A stretch of DNA of 64,000 bases, from assembly GCA_963823665.1 (NCBI GenBank), contig CAWGMQ010000005.1, forward strand, positions 1,280,001-1,344,000. The letters run 5' to 3'. The translations under genes were made by a program, and so were the position numbers. Shown piece by piece: positions 9,810 through 20,700 of the stretch (position 1 is its first letter; each line of letters opens with the position of its first letter). The notes beneath the pieces are model-generated. The model was not told the origin of the DNA and ran no database searches. It was given only the letters and a program-made list of their open reading frames with translations. Source of the DNA: an uncultured Planctomycetota bacterium. GTDB lineage: Bacteria > Planctomycetota > Planctomycetia > Isosphaerales > Isosphaeraceae.

Positions 9810-12800
9810 TCACTCTGGCTCGATCGACTTGCCTCCCTTGGAAATCGCGAAGGTCGTGGATTCGCCTAGTAGGCTGCCGGGGGCGCCGCCCAAGATTGTG
9901 AGCTGGCCCCCGGTCGGGAAGGTTTGCTTCCCGGCGAGCTTCAAGGTTGCTGAGTCGGTCGCCGGGGCGTAGGAGACGGTGAATTTCGCGATCGGATGGA
10001 GAGTCCGCTCGACCTTTTTCTTGACCCGCTTTGTAACAAACGCGTCGAGATGGTAATTGGCGGGGTTGTCCGCGCTCGCGGGATCGAGCGGGCCGCTGAA
10101 CTCGAAAGTGAAGCTCGTCAGGATGGGCTTGCCTGACGGCTTTCCTTTCTTGTTGGTCTTGCGCTGGAAGACCAGTTTTTCGTGGACGATGTATAGCGGC
10201 GGCGGCGCGACGACGACCAAGGTGCCGCCGACGGTGTTGGCCGCGTACGTCTGATCACCGGCGAAGTTGGCACCCACATCGCCTGCGTAAGTGCCAGCAT
10301 TGAAGCCAGCCAGGCTCACACCGGAGAGGGTCGCAACGCCGTTTGCGTCGGTCGTCGCCGTGCCGACAGTTGTGACCGCGCCACCCTCGTTCAGGGTGAA
10401 ATTGATCGCCTTGCCAGCGAGTGGCGAGCCGTTCGCGGTCAGGGTGGACATCAGTGTGGCGGTGCCTCCAGAGGTCCCAATGCCCGAGACGGCCGAGAGC
10501 ATCGTGCGCAGGCCCATCGAGAGGACATAGGTGAACTGGTCGGCTAATGACGTGGGCGACGTACCAACTGGCGTCAGCACGGTCACCGCCACCGTGCCCA
10601 CGCCCGCGGGGCTCGACACGATAATCTGTGAAACTGTGTCTTTGATGAAGTTGGTGACTTTCGCGGCGCCGAAGTCGACTGCCGTGGCACCGCCGAGGCT
10701 AGTACCAGTGATCGTCACCAGTGTGCCACCGGTGTTTGGTCCCATTGCCGGAGCGACGCTTGTGACGGTCGGAGGGTTGGACACAGCGACATAGCTGAAC
10801 TCATCGGCCGATGAAACGGACGAAGCACCCGCCGGTGTGACCACGATTACGTTCACGGTGCCGGTACCGGGGGGGCTCGAGAGCGTTATCTGCGAGGCCG
10901 TGTCGCTCATGAAGCTGGTAACCGGCGCCGAACCGAAGTCGACGACCGTGGCGCCCGCCAGGTTCGTGCCGGTGATTGTCACCGTTGTGCCGCCTACGGC
11001 CGGTCCCGAGTCCGGTCCGACTCCTTTCACGGCCGGAGGCGTGGACGGCGGCGTGGGAGACTGCGGTACGTCGGCGCCGATGTTCGCGCCATCCTTCCCG
11101 GCGCCGATGGCGGGGCTGCCGGGCAGCAAAGTAACAGTCTCCGTGGGTCCGCCATTATTGGATAGTGGTCCAAGCTCGGCGTTGATGATCTGGCCGCTCG
11201 TGGCCGAGCCGATCAAATTGCCGTGCATGCCGTTCTTGATCCCACTGAGTGGGTCGCCGTCGCCGATCAGGTTGAAACTGCTTTCCGGGTCGACCAGTCC
11301 GCTCGCGTCGCCCGGCGTGGAGCCACTGTTGCCGCCGCAGAAATTCCCCGAGATGAGCGTATCGGCCAGGAAAGCTCCGGGGGTCGAGAATCCCGATCCC
11401 AGTGGAGTCGGTTCGACGTCGAGGCCACCACCGGCTTGACCCGGGATTGATGTCGCAGCGGACGCCTTGTTTCCGGTGATCGTGCAATTGTTAGCGACCA
11501 GATGCGACAAGTAATCGCCGACACCGCCGCCATATGCGGCCGTATTGCCGTAAATTGTATTCCCAGTCAACGTCAGATAACCGTATTTCGCCCCGGACAC
11601 CTCTCCGGACGAGTAGCCTGCGTTCTGACCGTAGATAAAGCCCCCTGATCCGATCCCGCCGCCACTGCCACCGGAAGTGTTACCAGAAAGGGTGCTGCCG
11701 ATCAGGGTCATGTCGCCACCGCCGTAGGTTTCGATCCCACCGCCGCTCATCCTCGGGGCCGAGTTCCCCGAGATCGTGCAGTCGGTCAGGGTCATCACCC
11801 CGGCGAGGTTGAGGATTGCTCCTCCGCCGATATGACTCAGAGCCTCAGGGTCATCGGTCGTTAGCGATGCGGAGTTGTCGGTGAGAGACGAATCTGTCAG
11901 GGACATCTTGGCGATCTCCGCCGCGCCGTTCCCTCCGCCGCTCTCGTTGACGATGGCACCGCCGCCGTCCACCGCCGTGTTCCTGGAAAGCGTGCAGCCG
12001 GTCAACGTGATGGTATCCTTATTCGAGATTGCACCGCCCTCGTAGCTGGCCGTGTTTCCTGAAAGCGAGCTGTTGGTCAGCGTGACCTGGGAAGGCTTGC
12101 CCTGGTTATAGAGGCCGCCGCCGCTCCGAGACGAGTTTCCGGAGATCGCGCTGCCGGTCACCGACAGGGTGCCCCCAGAGTTGAAGATCCCGCCGCCGGT
12201 TGCCTGGGCCGTGTTCCCCAGGACGGTGGTGCCGGTCAGGGTCAGCGTGCCCGTGTTGTCGATGCCGCCGCCGTTGCCGGGCGCGGAGTTCCCCGAGACG
12301 ATGGTATCGATCAGCATCATTGTGCCCTTGTTCACGATCCCGCCGCCGCTGCCATCTGTCGAGTTATCGGAAACGGTGCTGCCGATCATCGTCAGCGTAC
12401 CCGCGTTGTACACGCCGCCGGGGCCGTCGAACCCCGTGTCGCCCGAGATGGTGCAATTGGTCAGGGTCAGCGTGCCCAAGTTGTCGAGGGTTCCCACGAA
12501 CTCGTTGTAGTTCCCCGCGATCGACAGCCCGGAGATCGACACTGTCGCGCCGGCATCGATCGTGAACGCACTGAACGGGAAGGAGGGGTCGTTCGATCCC
12601 TGGGGCAATCCGTCGATCGTTAAAGAGCCTCCGCTCGGTTCATCGATGGTGACATCCGCACTGAGATCCGGAAGATCGCTGGTCAACTGGATCGTGCCGG
12701 TCACGCCAAAGTCGATGATGCTGCCCGGGTTGGAATCGGCCTGGGTGATGGTATAGCGCAGGTCACCCGAGTCACCTGACCCAGTGCCCGTGTCACCAAG

Positions 12801-15800
12801 TGAGTTGACAGTGTAGGTGATTCCGGACGGCTGGTTGATCGTGAGGTTGCCGCTCGAGTTGCTGCTCGTGTCGCTCGAGTCGCCGGCGAAGCTCGCGCCC
12901 ACCGCACCGTCGTACGCGCCGGCAGTGAAACCATTCGGTATCGCGACGGTCAAGGACGCGACGCCCTTTGCATTGGTCGTCGCCGTGCTAAGTTGCGTGA
13001 GGTTGCCGTCCTCGTTCAGGGCGAATGCAATGGCCTCTCCGGCCAGCGGTGCGCCCTTCGCGGTGAGGAGGGTCGCGCTCAGTGTGATCGCACCCCCCAG
13101 GGTGCCTTTGCCGAAAACGGACGTCAGGGTCGTTGCCTGCTGTACTTCGATCGCGAATGTCGTCACCGCGATCTGGGGCGGGGTGCTGTTTTCGAGGGCG
13201 TCGATTGTGATCGGGTAATCGGCTGGGGTCTGGGAAGCCGGGACGGGCCAGGAAAATACTCCGGTCGTGGCGCCGATCGCCGCCCCCGTCGGCGCGCCGG
13301 CCGCGAGGCTGTAGAGCGTGACAGCGCCCGGGGTCGGGTCGGTCGCCGATGCCGTGACCGAGACCGTCGCCCCCTGTACGACCGTCTGATCGGGGATCGG
13401 AGAAAAGAGTGGTGGGCCGCCGGAGGCCGGGCTCACGGTCAAGGTGCCGCTGTCACTACTGGCCGCCGCGGTGGTGTCGCCGGCGAACGTCGCTTTGACG
13501 GCGCCCGAGAACATGCCGGCGTTGAACCCGGGGAGGCTTTCGATTTCAAGGCTCGCGATGCCATCCACGTTCGTCGTGGCTGAACCCACGGGCGTAGCGG
13601 TACCATTCTCCTCCAGGCTGAACGAGATTATCTGGCCGGTGAAGGGCACGTTCGAGCCGCTGGAGTTGGTGGACTGGAGAGTCGCCGTCAGGACGCCGAT
13701 GCCTCCTTGGATGCCGGTACCGGAAACGGCTGTCATGGTCGACTCTTGCTGGATATCGATCGTGAATGACGTCGCGGCGGTTTGCGTCGGGATGCTGTCG
13801 TCGACGGCGTCGATCGTGATCGGATAAATGCCGGGGACGCCCTGTGACGAGGAGACGGTCCACGAGAAGATCCCCGTGTCCGGGCCGATCGTCGGACCCA
13901 CCGGCCCGCCCGGCGCGATGCTATAGGTGACGATCGCGCCGGGGATCGTGTCCGTCGCGGAGGCCTTGACTGTCAGGGTGGTGGACTGGGGCCCGACGAA
14001 GGGTATGCCGGGCAGGAGCAGGATCGACTGATTGGGAATGGATTGTAGCGTCAGACCGTTGGTCGACAGCGGGTTGACAGTGAAGTCGCCGCTGGCGCTC
14101 GACGTCAGGTCGGCTGCGTCTCCTGCGAAAGTTGCACCGACGATGCCGGTGAACGTGCCGGTGGAGAAGCCCACGAGGCTTACATTGGGGAGTGTTGCGA
14201 CGCCGCTGGCGTCGGTGGTCGCTGTGCCGGCAGGAGTGGGAGTGCCGCCCTCGTTCACGGTGAACGCGACGGGCTTGCCGGGCACGGGCGAGCCGTTCGC
14301 GGTCAGAGTGGCGGCCAGGGTCGCATTTCCCCCGAAAGTCCCCACGCCGGAGATGGCGGAGAGGGTGGTGGCTTGCGGGACGACGATCGAGAACGAGCTC
14401 GTGCCGCTCAGAGGGGGGTCGCCGCTGTCCGTAACCAGCACGGTCACGGGGTAACTGCCGGGCGGTTCTGTAGCAGGGATGACCCAGCTCAGGACGCCTT
14501 TCACCGGATCGATGGTCACCCCGGACGGCGCGCCTGGCTCAAGCGTGTACGTCAGAGTCCGCCCTTGATACGAATCGTGCGCCGTAACAGGAACCAAGAG
14601 GGTTGTGCCGGCTGCGGCCGTTGGGTTTGGGACGGGGCTGAGGCTCACAGCCGAGTTCAGCTCGCTCACAGCCAGGTTATCGAGCTGGACCTTCGCCAAA
14701 TCACCGGATGGTGCAGTCAATTGAAACGTCACTTGCCCATTCTGTGACGCGAATCCCGCGAGCGGCACCGTGTAATAGCCGTTGGCGGAAAGGCTGGACA
14801 GATTGAAGGTGCCCAGAACGTTGTTGTTAAACAGCACCTGGAGTTGGTCGCCAGGGTCCGCGGAAAGCACCGACATGTTGAAGCCGACCGCCGCGGCCTG
14901 GGAATCGAGTTCAAGATACTGGCCGATCGAAGCATTTCCTCCGGAATTGGTCATTTGCGCTACGGTGTTGTTGCCGTTCTGAACGAGCTGAGCGTTGCCC
15001 GAGACGGTCCATTCCGAAGCCAGCATGGTCGCCGGGTTATCGACCAAGCCCTGCCAGAAGGCCACCAGCGGATCGCCGTTTGCGTTGATGTTCGCCGACT
15101 GCAACTCGTCCAAGAGTGACCCGATCGACTCGAAGGAGCCGTCATTGAAGTTGGCGAAATCCTCCGACGGCGTGGACGGCGCCGGGGCCGCGTCAGTCGT
15201 GACTGTATCGGAAACACCCGACGGGGACGGCGTGCCCATGCCGTTGATCAGATTGCCCTCGGTGGTGTTGAACAGATAAGGAGAATTAGGATTTCCATAT
15301 AATGTAGTAACATTAATATGATTTGAAATAGCGTTCGGATCGTCAGTCATGCCCGTGCCGGGGATTACAAGATCATCGAAACCATATGCCGCACGGTTTG
15401 GCGCCTTCCAATTCAGCGAATCCAGAACGAGCTGATCGAATTGGGGAAGCGCTTGGCTGATCCAGCCATCGATCCACTGAGGCAAGAGCGAACCCAGGCC
15501 CTGCTGAACCTCGTAATTGACTTTGTTTGTCGCGGTTGCCTCCGCGACAATGCTGTCGTACTCGAGGAGGCCGGACGGAGACGGCCAGTCGCTGGAATAG
15601 CCGTCGAGCGCGATGTAATCGTCGATCGTGTAGTTGTAAGGGGGAGACGAAAGGATCTGCGAAACCCGGGCATTGACGGCCGCGCCCCGGCTGTGGCCGA
15701 TCAGTTGGATGACCTGGCCGTACTGTGGAGCAGACAGGTAACCGTTCGCGGGGGACGTAATATCCGTCACAATATTCTGGGCTGCTTGCTCGGCGTTTGC

Positions 15801-17519
15801 GGCGGCCTGGACAAAGTAGGGACTGATAGATTGGAGCGCTAGCTGTCCCAAGTCCGAGCCCGGGGATACGACCTGAGCAACCTCGTAGACGCCGAGGGCG
15901 ATCAGCTCCTCGTAGAATCCGCTCCAAGAATTCCACTGCGTTACGTAGCTTTTCACCGAGCCCTGAAGGGGAGTGCCTGCAGGGAGAATCGTATCCAGAT
16001 CCGCGGCGATATTCTCGAACGGCGTAAGGAAGCTTGCGTCAATATCGAGCGACGGATCGAAGCCAGGGGTGATGACATTGACGACATAGGGGGGGCTCGC
16101 AATGGATTGGGCGGCCTTGGGGTCGCCGGCCGTGATGACGTTGTCGCTTGGGTCGGGGACGACCAGAAGGTACTTGGTCCCGGGCGGCATAGGATGGGTG
16201 ACATCCGAAGGCGCGAGGTGTCCCGAGTAGGGAGCCATCGATTCGCCTGTCGAGGTTGTCACCGGCGGAAAGGCCTGTGTGTCTTCGCTCTCGTCAAATA
16301 CCTGGGCAGGGGCCCAATAGAAACCGATTGTGGTAGCGCTCGGCAAGTTAGCGTCGCTGATCTGGTAACTGTAATCGACCCCGTTGTCTTTGGGGCTGAA
16401 CGCCAGGGAAGCGATCGAAATGTCCGGGAGCGCAAGGGCCGCCACCTTACTCGAGTCGGCCGGAGATATGATGTTGTCGGGATCAGCAACGACCAGCAGA
16501 TCATTCGCACCCGCTGGGGCAGACCCCAACTGTGCCTGGGTGGCGCTGAGATCGTAAGTTCCGGGCGCCGTCATGGTCGTTGTCGGCGGTACCGCATTGC
16601 CTAAGACCGAACCCAAAGTGGAGCCGCTCGCCCAATCGAGATCGACAGTCGTGGCATGCGGAAGCGCGGCGCCGATGATCGTGTAGCCGTACTCGAGACC
16701 ACCGTCGGTGCTATTCCAGGTTGGAGTTACTGGTGTGATCGCGTGAGGAATGCTGAGACTCAGCGAGAGGTCTGTCTTGTACCCGACGTTATTGAAGCCG
16801 TACGGGGCCTCACTCTTCGCCGAAACAACGTCAGTGAATCCCAGCGTGAACGAATCGCCAATCTTCGCCTGGAACGTCTCCGATCCGGGATCGGAGGCTC
16901 CGTCCTGAAGATCTTCATCGGATGCTTCCAGGACGTTCGAGGTCGTACCGTTGTAAGTGTAGTGAACGTCGTAGGTGACGGTCGCATCGGCATTCTGCTC
17001 GGCGAGTGCGTCGACCTGGAAGAGGGCGGAAAGCTGGACCGTCACTGGTTCGCCAGTGACCTCGGACGGGTCGGTCGGGACGATGTTGACAGTTACATCG
17101 CCGGGCGCCCCTCCGGTGGCGAGCCCTGCCCTCTGAGAGACGCTGTAGACTGTATTCGTGGTCATGCCGCCGTGCGAGACGATGTCCAGAGTGTTACTCG
17201 TTTGGTCGGAGGATGGAGTCGTCGTCAGGACGTTCTCGGAGTAATACAGATCGCCCTCTTGGTCGAGGTTGTTGTCGAAGGAGTCGGCCTGATTCACATC
17301 TGGGATTGAATTGTCCTGCGTCGTCGCAGATCCGCTCGATGGCGTAATCGCAACCTCGGAAGCCAAGGCGGCTGATTGAAACGAGAGGCCCGCCAGCAGT
17401 GTCCTGCGTTCCAGACTCTCTCCCATGCAAGGACGATATCTCAAACGACGCCTGCCGGCACGCGCGATCTCACGACTGGGTCGACCGGAAGCGGGCTTCC
17501 TCGATGAGCGCATCTTCAT
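9810..17519 (-). CDS. Giant surface/adhesin-like protein (2569 aa): planctomycete export motif, alpha/beta-hydrolase-like domain, repeated Ig-like modules, beta-helix repeats, two IPT/TIG domains
   Basis: RRRLRYRPCMGESLERRTLLA; LIGHSRG nucleophile elbow; (TYSLAAGAPTGAAIGATTGVFSW + TLSATL..GQAIAF..ATT.A.GVA) modules; SGNSA..GGGI.N.G repeats; LGPLSNNGGPTET; P..GP..GGT.VTITGT x2; basic C-terminal domain. Confidence 0.9.
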   Translation of the reverse strand: MKMRSSRKPASGRPSREIARAGRRRLRYRPCMGESLERRTLLAGLSFQSAALASEVAITPSSGSATTQDNSIPDVNQADSFDNNLDQEGDLYYSENVLTTTPSSDQTSNTLDIVSHGGMTTNTVYSVSQRAGLATGGAPGDVTVNIVPTDPSEVTGEPVTVQLSALFQVDALAEQNADATVTYDVHYTYNGTTSNVLEASDEDLQDGASDPGSETFQAKIGDSFTLGFTDVVSAKSEAPYGFNNVGYKTDLSLSLSIPHAITPVTPTWNSTDGGLEYGYTIIGAALPHATTVDLDWASGSTLGSVLGNAVPPTTTMTAPGTYDLSATQAQLGSAPAGANDLLVVADPDNIISPADSSKVAALALPDISIASLAFSPKDNGVDYSYQISDANLPSATTIGFYWAPAQVFDESEDTQAFPPVTTSTGESMAPYSGHLAPSDVTHPMPPGTKYLLVVPDPSDNVITAGDPKAAQSIASPPYVVNVITPGFDPSLDIDASFLTPFENIAADLDTILPAGTPLQGSVKSYVTQWNSWSGFYEELIALGVYEVAQVVSPGSDLGQLALQSISPYFVQAAANAEQAAQNIVTDITSPANGYLSAPQYGQVIQLIGHSRGAAVNARVSQILSSPPYNYTIDDYIALDGYSSDWPSPSGLLEYDSIVAEATATNKVNYEVQQGLGSLLPQWIDGWISQALPQFDQLVLDSLNWKAPNRAAYGFDDLVIPGTGMTDDPNAISNHINVTTLYGNPNSPYLFNTTEGNLINGMGTPSPSGVSDTVTTDAAPAPSTPSEDFANFNDGSFESIGSLLDELQSANINANGDPLVAFWQGLVDNPATMLASEWTVSGNAQLVQNGNNTVAQMTNSGGNASIGQYLELDSQAAAVGFNMSVLSADPGDQLQVLFNNNVLGTFNLSSLSANGYYTVPLAGFASQNGQVTFQLTAPSGDLAKVQLDNLAVSELNSAVSLSPVPNPTAAAGTTLLVPVTAHDSYQGRTLTYTLEPGAPSGVTIDPVKGVLSWVIPATEPPGSYPVTVLVTDSGDPPLSGTSSFSIVVPQATTLSAISGVGTFGGNATLAATLTANGSPVPGKPVAFTVNEGGTPTPAGTATTDASGVATLPNVSLVGFSTGTFTGIVGATFAGDAADLTSSASGDFTVNPLSTNGLTLQSIPNQSILLLPGIPFVGPQSTTLTVKASATDTIPGAIVTYSIAPGGPVGPTIGPDTGIFSWTVSSSQGVPGIYPITIDAVDDSIPTQTAATSFTIDIQQESTMTAVSGTGIQGGIGVLTATLQSTNSSGSNVPFTGQIISFSLEENGTATPVGSATTNVDGIASLEIESLPGFNAGMFSGAVKATFAGDTTAAASSDSGTLTVSPASGGPPLFSPIPDQTVVQGATVSVTASATDPTPGAVTLYSLAAGAPTGAAIGATTGVFSWPVPASQTPADYPITIDALENSTPPQIAVTTFAIEVQQATTLTSVFGKGTLGGAITLSATLLTAKGAPLAGEAIAFALNEDGNLTQLSTATTNAKGVASLTVAIPNGFTAGAYDGAVGASFAGDSSDTSSNSSGNLTINQPSGITYTVNSLGDTGTGSGDSGDLRYTITQADSNPGSIIDFGVTGTIQLTSDLPDLSADVTIDEPSGGSLTIDGLPQGSNDPSFPFSAFTIDAGATVSISGLSIAGNYNEFVGTLDNLGTLTLTNCTISGDTGFDGPGGVYNAGTLTMIGSTVSDNSTDGSGGGIVNKGTMMLIDTIVSGNSAPGNGGGIDNTGTLTLTGTTVLGNTAQATGGGIFNSGGTLSVTGSAISGNSSRSGGGLYNQGKPSQVTLTNSSLSGNTASYEGGAISNKDTITLTGCTLSRNTAVDGGGAIVNESGGGNGAAEIAKMSLTDSSLTDNSASLTTDDPEALSHIGGGAILNLAGVMTLTDCTISGNSAPRMSGGGIETYGGGDMTLIGSTLSGNTSGGSGGGIGSGGFIYGQNAGYSSGEVSGAKYGYLTLTGNTIYGNTAAYGGGVGDYLSHLVANNCTITGNKASAATSIPGQAGGGLDVEPTPLGSGFSTPGAFLADTLISGNFCGGNSGSTPGDASGLVDPESSFNLIGDGDPLSGIKNGMHGNLIGSATSGQIINAELGPLSNNGGPTETVTLLPGSPAIGAGKDGANIGADVPQSPTPPSTPPAVKGVGPDSGPAVGGTTVTITGTNLAGATVVDFGSAPVTSFMSDTASQITLSSPPGTGTVNVIVVTPAGASSVSSADEFSYVAVSNPPTVTSVAPAMGPNTGGTLVTITGTSLGGATAVDFGAAKVTNFIKDTVSQIIVSSPAGVGTVAVTVLTPVGTSPTSLADQFTYVLSMGLRTMLSAVSGIGTSGGTATLMSTLTANGSPLAGKAINFTLNEGGAVTTVGTATTDANGVATLSGVSLAGFNAGTYAGDVGANFAGDQTYAANTVGGTLVVVAPPPLYIVHEKLVFQRKTNKKGKPSGKPILTSFTFEFSGPLDPASADNPANYHLDAFVTKRVKKKVERTLHPIAKFTVSYAPATDSATLKLAGKQTFPTGGQLTILGGAPGSLLGESTTFAISKGGKSIEPE

Positions 17520-17737
17520 GGATGCCTTTCTGGCTTCTTAGTCTGGATGTGTTAGAGCGCACACCATTGGTGCGGTTCGAACGGTTAACGTCGGTCTTTG
17601 CTGATATGTCCGCGGCCACGCGCGGCCCGCATCCTGTCCTGTGACCTGGCGCTCCTGCAGTAGCTGATGCTCGATCGAGACGCCCGCGCGACGTCTCCCT
17701 CCCTTGAGCCAGACGATGCCGTTTGCCGAACTGCACG

Positions 17738-20700
17738 CTAGCGATAAGTATTCTTCCGAACTTTCCTGGGCCGGTCGGGAACAGGGCATACGGCGCGGTC
17801 CGGTTGGGCGTGAGCGGCTCGGTTCTTTGTCACGGGGGAGGCCGGCCAAAGGACGACCTCAGGATACGGTTCGCCTCCGTACCCGGCCAGGTACGAGCCG
17901 TCGGGAGCGAATTGCAATTTGAGGTCAGGAGCGGCGTCTTCGTCGATGACTCCCAGCTCCTGGCGCGTGGCGACATCCCACAACCTGACGGTTCGATCGA
18001 GGCTGGTGGATGCCAACGTGGTCCCATCCTCAGATAAGGCGAGGCTCGTCACTTTCTCGCTATGGCCAAGGAGAGTTGCCTCGTGCTCGAGGCTGCGAAC
18101 GTCACTGAGTTTGATCATCCCGTTGCCCTCTCCCGTGGCCATCATCCGGCCGTCGGCGGAAAGAGCCAGGCCTTGAAGTTCGACGCACCCGACGATCCTC
18201 GACGCCGGGAAGCCCGCAGCCATCAAGTTGACGCGGAATAGGCCGTTGGAATTGTGGAAGAGGATGCCGTCGCCACCGACTAGAAATCGCACGCGGTTGA
18301 AATCGTGCGACGGAAATTCCCGTACGACTTCGCTCTCCGTGTCCCAGAGGACCGCGCTCGGATCGATTGTTCTCGTGACCGCGAGGAATCTCCCATCTTG
18401 AGAGAACGCGACATCTCCCCACCCCACCCGAGGGGGACCCGCGTAGACGACACCACTGACGGCGAGGCTCTTGAGAGGGTAACCATCCTCGGCGTCACGG
18501 AGCGTCACCATCTGGTTTCCGTCGACGGTGACCAATCTCTTGCCATCGGGCGAGAGGGCGCCGTGGAAGATGCCTCCTGGTGCGCGAATACGACGTTGAT
18601 GGACGACTTCTCGTCCATCAGGATCCAACACGGTCACTATTCCATCCGTGTTGTCCACGGAGAAGACGGTGACCCTTTCACCTGCGCCCGGGTAGGCCAT
18701 CGATCGAATCGAGATTCCGGGGATCGGGATCGAGACCATTCCGTGGCCCGTCGAGAGATCGGTCAGTTCAATCCGGCCGCTCTCGGTGGAAAACGCCAAA
18801 GTATGGCCATCCGATGAGAAGGCGACACACCAGACCCTAGAGCGAGGGCCGCTCCAGATCTTTCGGAAGCGGCCCGTGGCAAGATCCCATAAGCGGACCG
18901 TCCCATCCCCGCCGCATGAAGCCAGAAGCCGGTCGTCGGGAGAGAAAGCAACTCGCTCCAATCCCGCGGTGTGGCCACTGAGGCTGGCCTTAAGCCGGCC
19001 ACTGACTGTATCCCAGACGCGAATCATGCTTTCGACGTCCGCAGTCGCCACGGTAAGACCGTCGTGGCTCAGTGACATGCTCTGGATCCGGGCAAGACCT
19101 GGGAGGCTGAGCTTTTCTCGAAGCGTGGCAAGATCCCAGAGCCTGACCGAATGGTCCCAACCCGCTGTGAGCAGCGTCCGGCCATCGCGAGAAAGGGCTA
19201 ACGCCTCGATCTCGCCGGGCGTGGGAAGCGAAGCCTGCTCTCGAGCCGAAGGAATGTCCCAGATCTTCACCTGCTTGTCCCTGGCGCCGGAGATCAGCCG
19301 ACGGCCATCGGGCGTGAAGAGGACGCAGTTCACCCAATCGGCGTGCTTTCCGAGAGTGGTTCGAGGTTTGTCGCTGTCTACATCCCAGAGCCTGACCGTG
19401 CCGTCGTCCCCCCCGGTGGCCAGCGAGCGGCCATCCGGGGAGAACACAACGTAATTGACGTCACCATCGTGACCACGGAGGATCCGCTCGAGTTGCCCGG
19501 TGGCCGCGTTCCAGAGCCGAACTGTGCCGTCTTGGCCGCACGAGGCCAGCGTGCGGCCATCGGGAGAGAACTCGACGTGGTAGACCTCGCCGACATGCCC
19601 CGGAAACGTCCTGGGTTGCAATTGGCTGAGTCGCGTCAGGTAATACCAGGGAAAGCCGCGATTGTCCGTCTGGCCCGGAGCCGGAAGATGGCGATCGAGC
19701 AGGCGAGCGGCCCCAGGAAGGTCGTCGTGGCGGATGAGGTGAAACGCCTGGCGGAGATTGTGGACATATTCAGCCTGTCGCTTGCCGCGATTGAGTCGCT
19801 CATTACTCCGCGTCAGCGTCGCGACAATCGTCGCGGAGACCAGGGCGAGGATTGCCACGACCAAGATTGAGGCGACCAAACCCCTGTGCCGCCGCGCCCA
19901 TTTCTCGGCGCGTTTCCACGGGCTCGGGCGCCGGGCCAGAATCGGGCGATGATCGATGAATCGCCGTAGGTCATCGGCCAGTTTCTGCGCGGTGGCGTAA
20001 CGGTTTGCGACGTCCCGCGCCAGCGCCTTGAGCACGATCGTCTCAAGGTCGCGCGGGATGGCCGGATTATGAGCCCGCGGCGCCTTGGGTTCGCCGAAGG
20101 CGATTCGGTGGAGCAGCTCGGCGCGATCGCGGCCGTCATGGGCGGGATGCAGGGTCAAGAGCTCGTAGAGCGTCGCGCCCAGCGAATAGACATCGGCGCG
20201 GTGATCGACGATCCCGCGCCGGGCCGCCGACTGCTCGGGACTCATGTAACGCAACGTTCCGAGCACGTCACCGGTCATCGTCAGGCCGCTGTCGGCCTGC
20301 ATCCGAGCGAGGCCAAAGTCCGTGATCCACAGGTTGCCGCGGACGTCGACCAGGAGGTTCGCTGGCTTGATGTCGCGGTGAATAGTCCCCAGGCGATGCG
20401 CATGATCGAGGGCCTCGGCGGCTTGGAGACCCAGGTTGGCGATGGTGCGGAAGTAGGCGGGGTTGCGGGCAGGTGCGCTCCTGGACGAACGGCCTGTCAC
20501 CGACCACTCGTGTACCCTCTGCCCAGTGGTGCGACGAGACGGATTCCCACGAGCGCGGCTTTCGCCAGCCGGCTCCTCGGCCGAGTCAAGGGCCGGGGCT
20601 GGATCCAGTCGGCCTGAGACGAACTCCTGGGCCAGCGAGACGCCGGCGACCGTCGGCGCGTCGGCCGGCTCCGCCCCGAGGCCCGAGATCTGGCGCAGGT

